Of a stretch of DNA of 64,000 bases, positions 19,218 to 27,460 are shown piece by piece. A program made the position numbers and the translations under genes. The first letter of the stretch is position 1. Each line of letters opens with the position of its first letter. Below the pieces are notes generated by a model. That model did not search any database, had not been told where the DNA came from, and saw only the letters and a program-made list of their open reading frames with translations. Source of the DNA: an uncultured Clostridia bacterium (GTDB taxonomy: Bacteria > Bacillota > Clostridia > Oscillospirales > CAG-272); contig CANPZU010000008.1 of NCBI GenBank assembly GCA_947588825.1, positions 1,031 through 65,030 on the forward strand, in the 5' to 3' direction.

Positions 19218-20123
19218 ATGAAATTAAGATCACTTGCCGCACTCATGCTTGCTTTTGTTCTCTGCTTTTGCCTTGCCGCCTGTAAGGTGGTCGATAATTC
19301 CGACGGTACGTCAAATAATTCTTCCAGCAACCAAGGAAACACGGACATGGACGGCCCTGCTGCAAAGGGCGAGGTGAAATACAAATTTCTAAAGGTCGGC
19401 AAATCCCCTTGTACAATAATACGCACTCAAAACAGCACCGTAATTATCGACGCCGCCTCGGAAGATCAGGGCGGGGATATCGTGACATATCTTAATGAAA
19501 AGGCTGTAACAACTGTCGACTATCTTATAGTCACCAACTTTTCAAAAACTTGTATCGGCGGAGTTCCGACTCTTCTTCAAGCCGCCGGGATTACGGTAAA
19601 AAACATTTATGAGCCTTCCTATGCCAAGGACAGCAGCGCTTATACGTCGTATAAGAATGCTTTGGCTGCCGTAGGCATCACTCCAATCAAAATAGCGGGA
19701 GACACAAGTATCACGGTCGACGATTTGCAAATCAAGTTTTTGCCTCCGCTGAAGGATTATTCGTCCGCGCTCGACGAAAATGACGAGGGCAATTCCGTGG
19801 CACTTTCAATTTCACACGGAAACGCGAGATTTCTTTATACAAGCCGCGTCGCCGGGGACAGAGTCACAGAACTCATCTCGCAGATAGGCGACACCAAGTA
19901 CGATTTCATCACGGTTCCCAACTACGGAAGATACGATGCCAAATACGAAACGCTCTTTAACGCGATCTCGGCCAAGAACGCGGTCATATTCGCCTCAGCC
20001 AAAAATCCCCCCGAAACAAGCATGATACAACTGCTTGACAACGCGAATATAAAATACTATGTCACGCGCGACGGCGGAGTTGAGGCAAGCTCCGACGGAA
20101 CGGCATTTACAATAAAACAGTAA
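19218..20123 (+). CDS. lipoprotein with ComEC-type MBL fold but without the metal-binding motifs
   Basis: Lipobox MKLRSLAALMLAFVLCFCLAAC at the internal ATG at 19218 (GGGAGA RBS). Block order matches MBL lipoproteins, but DYLIVTNFSKTCIGG replaces the THxHxDHxGG block and VPNYGRYD replaces the GHHGS block. Confidence 0.6.
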   Translation: MKLRSLAALMLAFVLCFCLAACKVVDNSDGTSNNSSSNQGNTDMDGPAAKGEVKYKFLKVGKSPCTIIRTQNSTVIIDAASEDQGGDIVTYLNEKAVTTVDYLIVTNFSKTCIGGVPTLLQAAGITVKNIYEPSYAKDSSAYTSYKNALAAVGITPIKIAGDTSITVDDLQIKFLPPLKDYSSALDENDEGNSVALSISHGNARFLYTSRVAGDRVTELISQIGDTKYDFITVPNYGRYDAKYETLFNAISAKNAVIFASAKNPPETSMIQLLDNANIKYYVTRDGGVEASSDGTAFTIKQ

Positions 20124-20866
20124 TTGATTTTTTGCAGTACAGAAAAACAACAAGACGGTAAAAATAAAACAAAGCTCACTCGAGAAAGGGTGGGCTTTGC
20201 TCTTTTGGGGCAGTTGAAAGGATTATAAGGGCATAACAAGCAAATCAAAAGCGCCGCGCAAGCCGTCCCAAAGCTCTTGAATTTGCATGTGTGCGATTTT
20301 GGCGCGTTTGTTAAATATGTTTGCGCCATTTTTTTAGGTCGTGCAGGCTGAATAAAAAAGATGCCGCGAGAGGGCGGTGTCCAATAAAACAATTTCAGAT
20401 TGTTTTCGGAGTGCGGCATGATTTCGGTCATGCCGCAGTTCCGTTTTATGAGATCGTTCAAAAGCGAGGCCGGGAGTATCGCTATGTAGTTGTAGCTGAT
20501 GTCCACATCCTGAACCCGATGCCCGCCGGACTTGTCCGGCGCATGAACATAGACCGCTTTGACCAGATTGTTCAGGATCGCAGGCGTCAGCTCCGTCAGA
20601 TAGAGATACTTCTTCACCGTGCGGATGAAACGGTCTACATTGTCCGCCTGATCCTCCTGCTCGCAAATCTCCTTGGTCAGGACAGCGATCCTTTCTCGCA
20701 GCTCCGTTTGCTCCTTTTCGTAGTCGTCGGAAAGCATCTGAAACCTTGCCTCGCTCAGCCGTCCTGCTACCATATCCTCATATATTCGCTTGAAAAGCCT
20801 GTCAAGCTCGGCAATACAACGGACATCTCTTCGCCCTTTTTGGGGTATGCCGTCGAAAATATCCCT
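20057..20866 (-). pseudogene. C-terminal remnant of a large serine recombinase (DUF4368-like tail); catalytic N-terminus absent
   Basis: The frame is open from the TAG at 20869-20867. AELDRLFKRIYEDMVAGRLSEARFQMLSDDYEKEQTELRERIAVLTKEI...VDRFIRTVKKY...LTPAILNNLVKAVYVHAPDKSGGHRVQDVDISYNYIAIL matches the C-terminal coiled-coil tail of Tn/ICE serine recombinases. There is no resolvase domain upstream. Below about 20440 the ORF carries no recognisable similarity and overlaps the convergent lipoprotein gene. Confidence 0.6.
20170..20207 (+). terminator. intrinsic terminator
   Basis: CAAAGCTCAC / GTGGGCTTTG 10-bp stem (one G-U pair) followed by CTCTTTT. Confidence 0.65.
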
Positions 20867-21004
20867 CTATTAGACAACGGACATTTTTTCGCCAAAATGC
20901 ACCCTCTGAATTGTAAAATTTCTGTGAATAGCAAAGTCCCTTTCACTTTACAACGGACAATTATTCAACAGGTGAGGGGGTGCCGGGAAAGAATATTTTG
21001 AGAA

Positions 21005-21143
21005 CAGCGGCATCCGCTACTTTAAAAAACTGAGGATGCCGCTGCTGTGTGAATACGGTTTTAGGAAGAACAGCAAGCAAATCCGCTGTCCGTACACAGC
21101 GGAAAAATGACCATCCTCCACGCCGCAGAGAACGGTCATTTTT
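21005..21143. other. cluster of three stem-loops (11 bp, 7 bp, about 10 bp stems)
   Basis: CAGCGGCATCC/GGATGCCGCTG (21005-21044). CCGCTGT/ACAGCGG (21083-21102). AAAAATGACC.../...GGTCATTTTT (21103-21143), which ends in a T-run. Confidence 0.6.
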
Positions 21144-21189
21144 ATTCGTGGGATAGTCCCACACCCTTATAGAAATCCGTCAAGGTCTC

Positions 21190-21218
21190 TTGATTTCATT
21201 CGTGTTTTCGAGTATAAT
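21190..21218 (+). promoter_or_regulatory. sigma-A type promoter of the HTH/R-M operon
   Basis: TTGATT (21190-21195), 17-nt spacer, TATAAT (21213-21218). Confidence 0.65.
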
Positions 21219-21255
21219 ATGCTTGTTGAATTATAGGGAAAAGGGGCGATGGAAG

Positions 21256-21450
21256 ATGAAATATCTGTCTGTCCGGCAGACATCGGAACGCTGGGGCATC
21301 TCCACCCGGCGCATACAGATTCTTTGCTGTGAGGGGCGCATTCCCGGAGCGGTACGGATAGGCTATACGTGGGCTATCCCTGACGACGAGCCGAAGCCAA
21401 GGGACGCAAGAATTAAGAGTGGGAAATATATTAAAAGTAAGAGTGATTAA
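21256..21450 (+). CDS. small helix-turn-helix DNA-binding protein (MerR/excisionase-like HTH)
   Basis: MKYLSVRQTSERWGISTRRIQILCCEGRIPGAVRIGYTWAIPDDEPKPRD is a typical stand-alone HTH of gut Firmicutes mobile elements. The ATG at 21256 has a purine-rich RBS. The upstream track extension looks non-coding. Confidence 0.7.
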   Translation: MKYLSVRQTSERWGISTRRIQILCCEGRIPGAVRIGYTWAIPDDEPKPRDARIKSGKYIKSKSD

Positions 21451-21467
21451 AGAAAGGAACTAATTGA

Positions 21468-22295
21468 ATGCCAAAGAAGAAAACTTGGATGGTTATACTG
21501 CTTATAGTTGTTGTGGCCGTTTTAACTATCGGGGTTCCTTTTGCCATAAATGAGGCCTACAAAGTTGACAAGGGATATGTAACCATGTGGGGCGCCGAAG
21601 ATGTACTAAGTTATTATGGCGCAATTCTTGGGGCAACTGCAACTGTTGCTGCCCTTGCCTTTACTATATGGTTTACCAAGAGACAAATCCAGCGGGACGC
21701 TTATTTGAAAAATGAGACTGATAAATGGAGACAGGTTGAATCCACCATTGGAAGCATCTTAAACGAAATAAATCCGATAATCATGTTGAAACGAGGTATG
21801 GATACTGAATTTATGGATCCCGGCTATGCCATGAACCAGTTTTCAAAATACAGCATGGATTGTCGGCTTACAACCGATCAGTTAATGACGCGTGTTAATA
21901 CTTTTGATTTTAAAATGATTTCCGAATTAGTTAAGCGGATACAAGAAGTTGCAGACAAGCTCTTTCAACTTAGTCAAAAGGAAATAGATCAACATAACAA
22001 GCGGCTGCAATTACAACAAAGAGAGAATGCGCGGAAATTGCTTGCAATAGAGCAGCAATATCCCGGCTCACTCCCCGCCTCTGAAATTGCGAGGCATCAG
22101 GAAACAATAAAGATGACAGATGGTATTTGTTTAGAAGAAATAACCGATTCTATAAACGAAATCAACAAAGAATTCTGGAACATATATGATACGGAGTTCA
22201 GGCCGCTATTGCAACTTAAAGGGACGACTTTTGAATCTATCTATATGCAAATTCAGGCAAATGCAGATGCTATATTGTCGTTTTGGAGGAAATAA
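21468..22295 (+). CDS. unknown protein: two N-terminal TM helices plus about 190-aa helical/coiled-coil cytoplasmic domain
   Basis: Hydrophobic segments WMVILLIVVVAVLTIGVPFAI and YYGAILGATATVAALAFTIWF. The rest is charged and helical (KRLQLQQRENARKLLAIEQQ). AAAGGAA RBS. AT-rich. The stop lies 2 nt before the mod start. Confidence 0.7.
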   Translation: MPKKKTWMVILLIVVVAVLTIGVPFAINEAYKVDKGYVTMWGAEDVLSYYGAILGATATVAALAFTIWFTKRQIQRDAYLKNETDKWRQVESTIGSILNEINPIIMLKRGMDTEFMDPGYAMNQFSKYSMDCRLTTDQLMTRVNTFDFKMISELVKRIQEVADKLFQLSQKEIDQHNKRLQLQQRENARKLLAIEQQYPGSLPASEIARHQETIKMTDGICLEEITDSINEINKEFWNIYDTEFRPLLQLKGTTFESIYMQIQANADAILSFWRK

Positions 22296-22297
22296 CT

Positions 22298-23890
22298 ATG
22301 CCCACCCTTGAATGGATCGGAAAAGATAAAGTGATCAATCACCACCAAGAGGTGCCCTATCGGGTGCTGGAGCGGCGGTACAGCTTTGATGCGAACGGGC
22401 AGCATGATGCCGACAACGGCAGCGAGAACATGATCATCCGGGGCGACAATCTGGAAGCGCTGAAGGCGCTGCTGCCCCGGTACGAGGGACGGGTCAAGTG
22501 CATCTACATAGATCCGCCGTACAACACGGGAAACGAAGGCTGGGTCTACAACGACAACGTGAACGACCCGAAGATCAAAAAGTGGCTCGGCGAAGTTGTC
22601 GGCAAAGAGGGCGAGGACTTGACCCGCCACGACAAGTGGCTGTGCATGATGTACCCACGGCTCAAGCTGCTGCAAAAACTGTTGGCGGACGATGGGGCTA
22701 TATTCATTAGTATTGATAATTCCGAACTATTTGAATTAAAATTGATATGTGACGAGGTGTTCGGTGCAAGAAACTATGTTGATACAATATCATGGTTTAA
22801 GAAAGCCTCGCCGTCAAATGATGCCCAGTTTTTTAGTAATGATATTGAATACATAATTGTGTATGCAAAACAGAAAGATGTTTGGCATCCATCTCGACTG
22901 ACATTATCGGAGAAGCAATTAAAATATTATCAAAACCCCGATAATGATCCCCGCGGACCTTGGAACTCTGCAACGTATACTTGCAACAAATCTAAGGACG
23001 AACGACCAAATTTATATTATCCAATAGTTAACCCTCATACTGGGACAGAAGTATTTCCGAAAATCACCGCAGTTTGGAAATATTCAAGGGAACAGACAGA
23101 GAGGTTTCAAAAAGATAATCGGATTTTTTGGGGAGTAGATGGAACAGCAAAATTCCCCCGCTTCAAAAAGTATTTGTCAGAACATGAGGGTGTTGTCAAT
23201 CGCACATTATGGCATTATGATGATGTAAATCATACTCAGGGGGCTTCCAATGAATTAAAACTTATTGGAATTAATGGATTTGCGACGCCGAAACCCACAA
23301 AATTAATTGAACGCATTATAAAAATTGCGGCTTCATCCGATTCTATTGTACTCGACTCCTTCGCCGGTTCCGGCACCACCGCCCATGCCGTTCTTAACAT
23401 GAACAAGGCCGACGGCGGCAACCGTAAGTTTATTCTCGTCGAGATGATGGACTACGCCGATTCCATCACCGCCGAGAGGGTTAAGCGCGTCATTCAGGGC
23501 TACGGAGAGGGCAAAAACGCCGTTGAGGGTACAGGGGGCGATTTCAGCTTTTACGACCTCGGCGAGCCGCTTTTGATCGGAGAAAACCTCAACGAAGCCG
23601 TGGGGACGGAGAAAATACGGGAGTATGTGTGGTTCATGGAGACAAAGTCTCCCTACGCTCCTGCCGAATGCGATAACCCCTATTGCCTCGGACGCCATAA
23701 CGACACCAGCTACTATTTCTACTACGAGCCGGAACGGATCACCGTTCTTGACTATGCGTTCCTCTCCGGCGTCACGGAGAGATCCGGCGGAACCGTTATC
23801 TACGCCGACCGCTGCGCCCTCGGCGAGGACAAGCTCGCGCAGATGGGGATCGTGTTCAAAAAGATACCCCGCGACATCAGCAGACTGTAA
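22298..23890 (+). CDS. mod: Type III restriction-modification methyltransferase (Mod, beta-class N6A/N4C MTase)
   Basis: Motif IV IYIDPPYNTGNEGW precedes motif I VLDSFAGSGTTAHAV, which is the beta-class order. HDKWLCMMYPRLKLL is present. A central variable region lies between the motifs. GGAGG RBS before the ATG at 22298. Confidence 0.9.
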   Translation: MPTLEWIGKDKVINHHQEVPYRVLERRYSFDANGQHDADNGSENMIIRGDNLEALKALLPRYEGRVKCIYIDPPYNTGNEGWVYNDNVNDPKIKKWLGEVVGKEGEDLTRHDKWLCMMYPRLKLLQKLLADDGAIFISIDNSELFELKLICDEVFGARNYVDTISWFKKASPSNDAQFFSNDIEYIIVYAKQKDVWHPSRLTLSEKQLKYYQNPDNDPRGPWNSATYTCNKSKDERPNLYYPIVNPHTGTEVFPKITAVWKYSREQTERFQKDNRIFWGVDGTAKFPRFKKYLSEHEGVVNRTLWHYDDVNHTQGASNELKLIGINGFATPKPTKLIERIIKIAASSDSIVLDSFAGSGTTAHAVLNMNKADGGNRKFILVEMMDYADSITAERVKRVIQGYGEGKNAVEGTGGDFSFYDLGEPLLIGENLNEAVGTEKIREYVWFMETKSPYAPAECDNPYCLGRHNDTSYYFYYEPERITVLDYAFLSGVTERSGGTVIYADRCALGEDKLAQMGIVFKKIPRDISRL

Positions 23891-23905
23891 AGGAGGCGGC
23901 GCATC

Positions 23906-26518
23906 ATGGAAATGAAAACCTATCAGAAAAAAGTGATTGCCGACCTCGTCCGCTATCTGGAACTGCTGAACGAGGTGCGTGACAGCGGCGTTGCGTTCTA
24001 CCACTTCTGGCATGAAAAGAGCGCACCATCTCTCGGCATCTATCAGGACATCCTGCCGGGTGTGCCGAATCTGTGCTTCAAAGTTCCCACGGGCGGCGGA
24101 AAGACGTTCATCGCCTGCAATTCCGTGCGTCCGATTTTCGACGCGCTGCCCGTCACAAAGACGAAAGCCGTCGTGTGGCTGGTGCCGTCCGATGCGATCC
24201 TCACGCAGACCGTTAAGGCACTGAAAGACGTCCGCCACCCGTACCGGCAGAAGATCGACGTGGATTTCGGCGGGCGTGTTGAGGTCTATACGAAAGAGGA
24301 ACTTCTGAACGGGCAGAATTTCAATCCCACCGCCGTCACTGAGCAACTTTCGATTATGGTGCTGTCTTACGACTCGTTCCGTGGGCGCGGCAAAGAGGGA
24401 CTGAAAGCCTATCAGGAGAACAGCAATCTCGCTAACTTTGCGAAGGTGCTGGGAAAGCCGGAAAATCCCATTGAGAAAGCGGACGAGTCCGCGCTGTTTC
24501 AGATCATCAATCAGTTGTCGCCCCTCGTGATAGTGGACGAGAGCCACCACGCACGGTCTGAGTTGAGTATCGAGATGCTGGCGAATTTCAATCCCTGCTT
24601 TGTGCTGGATTTGACTGCCACGCCGAAAAAAGAAAGCAATATTATCTCTTATGTGGACGCTGTGCAGCTCAAGAACGAGAACATGGTGAAGCTGCCTGTT
24701 ATCGTCTATAACCGGGACAGTCAGACGGAGGTTCTGACCGACGCCATCGACCTGCGGAACAAGTTAGAGGAAATCGCCGTCGCAGAACAGAAAAAGACAG
24801 GACGGTACATCCGCCCCATTGCATTGTTTCAGGCTCAGCCAAAGGGCAAAGAGGATGCGACGACATTTGAAAAACTCCGTGAAAAGCTGGTTGACGCCGG
24901 AATCCCTGCGGAGCAGATCGCTATCCGCACCGCCGATGTGAACGAACTGAAAAATATTGATTTGATGTCGCCAAACTGTCAGGTGCGGTACATCATCACC
25001 GTCAATGCCCTCAAAGAGGGCTGGGACTGCCCGTTTGCCTACATATTGGCGTCCCTTGCCAACAAGACGAGCCAAGTGGACGTGGAGCAGATTCTGGGAC
25101 GTATCCTCCGGCTGCCGCACACTGTTCAGCACAGCCAGACAGCGTTGAACATGTCCTATGTACTGACATCCTCCAATGATTTTGACGAGACGGTTCGCCG
25201 CATAATCCGTGGGCTCAACAGCGCCGGATTCAGCGATAAGGACTACCGTCTGTCCGCGCCGGTCGCCCCGAAGCCGGTCGTTTCCCACGAGCCGGAGCAG
25301 CTTGAACCACAACGGATGGAAACGCCTGATGAGGATAATTTCGACGGCGTAGACGGCGAGGCGATCGGGAAAGAGCTGGAGCGGCGCCGTGCGCAGAGCG
25401 ATACCGCCGAAGCGCCTCAAAAGGCGACGGATATGTTGAAAGACGCGGTAAAAGCGGGGCAGGACTACGACAAAGCGCGTAATGGTGCGGAGAATGATCC
25501 CTACACAAATGTCCTCCCGTGGGAGGTGCGTGAAAAGGTGACGACTTTCTATGTCCATCCGCAGTTCCGAAAAGACGTGGAGAACCTGATAATTCCGCAA
25601 TTTTTCCAAGTGGTGCCGGAGTCTCTTTTTACGGAAGGAACGCTGGAGCTATTGGAAAAGGAACAGCTTGCGGAGGGCTTTACGCTGAAGGGCAAGGCAT
25701 ACGATATTGACTTCGTTTCTGCGGACGATGAGATCGCCAAGGTCGATGTCCGGCAAAGCGAAGGCGGTTTGCCAAAGGTGTTCAAGATGTCCAGCGCCGA
25801 CCAGCGGTACTTCAAGGAGTATTTCAACAGCCTGCCGCCGGAAAGCCGTGTGCGTCAGTGCAAGGATATGATGTTCTCTCAGCTCAACAAAATGAACACG
25901 GTGGACGCCGCCGAGTTGAGGGCCTATATTGATCTGATTTTTGGATCGATGGACAAGGCTCAGCTTGCCGCCATGGAGAAAGCGCCGCTCGGCTATGCCG
26001 CAAAGATCAAGGCAAAGATTGAATCACTGCTGACAGAACATTACAAGGAAACCTTTGCCCGCTGGCTGGAGACGGAACGCATCGTCTGCCGTCCGTCGTA
26101 CCGTCTGCCCGTGTGCATCCATCCGATGGACAATACGGACATGATCGGCAGGTCGCTCTATCAGGCAGAAGAAGATATGAATCAGCTTGAGCAGGACTTG
26201 GTGATGGAGCTGACCGCCCTGCCCAACGTCCGTTGGTGGCATCGGAACATTGCGAAGCACGGCTTCTGTATAAACGGCTTTATCAATCACTACCCGGACA
26301 TTATGCTGATGACAAACAGCGGGAAGGTCATTTTTGTCGAGACAAAAGGCGAGCATCTGAAAAACGATGACAGCCGCGATAAAATCGCCCTTGGTCAGGC
26401 ATGGCGCAATGCGGCGGGCAGTCAGTTCAGGTATTACATGGTGTTCGCCGACGATGTTGAGCCTCTGCCGGGAGCGGTGGGGATGAAGCAGTTTGCGGAG
26501 ATCGTGAAAGAACTGTAA
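23906..26518 (+). CDS. res: Type III restriction enzyme Res subunit (SF2 helicase plus C-terminal PD-(D/E)xK-like nuclease)
   Basis: Walker A FKVPTGGGKTFIA. DEAH-type box LVIVDESHHA. Helicase C region ITVNALKEGWDCPFAYIL...QILGRILR. C-terminal VIFVETKGEHL. AAGGAGG RBS. Confidence 0.9.
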   Translation: MEMKTYQKKVIADLVRYLELLNEVRDSGVAFYHFWHEKSAPSLGIYQDILPGVPNLCFKVPTGGGKTFIACNSVRPIFDALPVTKTKAVVWLVPSDAILTQTVKALKDVRHPYRQKIDVDFGGRVEVYTKEELLNGQNFNPTAVTEQLSIMVLSYDSFRGRGKEGLKAYQENSNLANFAKVLGKPENPIEKADESALFQIINQLSPLVIVDESHHARSELSIEMLANFNPCFVLDLTATPKKESNIISYVDAVQLKNENMVKLPVIVYNRDSQTEVLTDAIDLRNKLEEIAVAEQKKTGRYIRPIALFQAQPKGKEDATTFEKLREKLVDAGIPAEQIAIRTADVNELKNIDLMSPNCQVRYIITVNALKEGWDCPFAYILASLANKTSQVDVEQILGRILRLPHTVQHSQTALNMSYVLTSSNDFDETVRRIIRGLNSAGFSDKDYRLSAPVAPKPVVSHEPEQLEPQRMETPDEDNFDGVDGEAIGKELERRRAQSDTAEAPQKATDMLKDAVKAGQDYDKARNGAENDPYTNVLPWEVREKVTTFYVHPQFRKDVENLIIPQFFQVVPESLFTEGTLELLEKEQLAEGFTLKGKAYDIDFVSADDEIAKVDVRQSEGGLPKVFKMSSADQRYFKEYFNSLPPESRVRQCKDMMFSQLNKMNTVDAAELRAYIDLIFGSMDKAQLAAMEKAPLGYAAKIKAKIESLLTEHYKETFARWLETERIVCRPSYRLPVCIHPMDNTDMIGRSLYQAEEDMNQLEQDLVMELTALPNVRWWHRNIAKHGFCINGFINHYPDIMLMTNSGKVIFVETKGEHLKNDDSRDKIALGQAWRNAAGSQFRYYMVFADDVEPLPGAVGMKQFAEIVKEL

Positions 26519-26542
26519 AACGCGAATATAGGAGGGGTTAAA

Positions 26543-27007
26543 TTGAAACAGTTTTTATATCTTGATACAGATATCGTTAATTCCATAATTGCGCAAGAAG
26601 AAAAAGGACTTGTTCAAGATTTTTCAAAAGACGATCAAAAAAATAAGACAAAAAGTACACATATTGAAGTTGGAGGGGAAGGTTTCGGTAAAGCGGAAGG
26701 TTCTCTCTTCAAACTGGCTAAGGCCGAGGCAAACCTCACTTTGTCGGTAGGCATAGAAAAAGATTATTCATCTGGCACGACAACACATGAAATTATCTCA
26801 AAAGTCCTACATGACGCAGCATTTGATGTAGCATACGAGTACATTCGCTCATGTAATTTTAAGTTGGGAAAAAGCAACTCAGATGACTATGGAGATTATG
26901 TAGAAATAAAGCGCGTATTTGACTTTGTGGATTTTGCTTATCTTGAGAATTTGTTTTCAAAAGGCGGATTGATAGAATATCAAAAAGTTATCGCGGGAAG
27001 AAATTGA
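26543..27007 (+). CDS. unknown protein (probable 5' half of a gene split by a frameshift)
   Basis: TTG start 5-6 nt after a strong AGGAGGGG RBS. MKQFLYLDTDIVNSIIAQEEKGLVQDF... AT-rich. The stop at 27005-27007 comes just after an A5 run (26982-26986). Confidence 0.6.
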   Translation: MKQFLYLDTDIVNSIIAQEEKGLVQDFSKDDQKNKTKSTHIEVGGEGFGKAEGSLFKLAKAEANLTLSVGIEKDYSSGTTTHEIISKVLHDAAFDVAYEYIRSCNFKLGKSNSDDYGDYVEIKRVFDFVDFAYLENLFSKGGLIEYQKVIAGRN

Positions 27008-27035
27008 GATAAGACTTGGTCAGGCAACGGAAAAA

Positions 27036-27443
27036 ATGAACCGCGATCAGTTACGTAACTCAGAAAAGCAGATTAAAGCAGAAATGAAAAAAATTGTTGA
27101 AACAAGCGACAAACAATATGACGATGTTCATGATATTATTGCTGCGTTTCGACAATTAGTGCCGTATACACGTATGCTAATTTCTCATGATGGGTATCTC
27201 ATTCCTTTGGATGATAAATATTTTAGAGTAAATCCAGAAAGTCTTGGTTTTAGATATGGTGGAGAAATAACGTGTGTTGGAATGATAACAAATATAATCG
27301 GTGCAGACACAAATCCAAACGATCCTAAAAATATATTTGCAACTTTACAGTTTACTGTGAATGAAGCCCTAAGAAAAATCTTGCCAACGGCAGAAGAAAA
27401 TCTGTGTGTTATTCATCCTATTGCTGTATTTTACGGGGATTAA
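27036..27443 (+). CDS. unknown protein (probable 3' half of the same split gene)
   Basis: No convincing SD before the ATG at 27036. Its frame is already open from 26976, overlapping the end of the previous ORF in the +1 frame. Confidence 0.5.
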   Translation: MNRDQLRNSEKQIKAEMKKIVETSDKQYDDVHDIIAAFRQLVPYTRMLISHDGYLIPLDDKYFRVNPESLGFRYGGEITCVGMITNIIGADTNPNDPKNIFATLQFTVNEALRKILPTAEENLCVIHPIAVFYGD

Positions 27444-27460
27444 ATCTTCAGAGAAAAACA

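Noticed and set aside
20321-21001. 226-aa plus-strand ORF
   Set aside because: It is antisense to the recombinase remnant and shows no RBS or recognisable motif.
23333-25609. Long minus-strand ORFs (405 aa, 281 aa and others) inside mod/res
   Set aside because: They are antisense shadows typical of GC-rich coding DNA. The translations are Arg/Gly/His-rich low complexity. The sense strand carries unmistakable Mod and Res motifs.
26543-27443. Toxin-antitoxin pair interpretation of the two small ORFs after res
   Set aside because: The second ORF lacks an SD and its frame overlaps the first across an A5 run, so a single split gene explains the layout better. The TA reading is not fully excluded.
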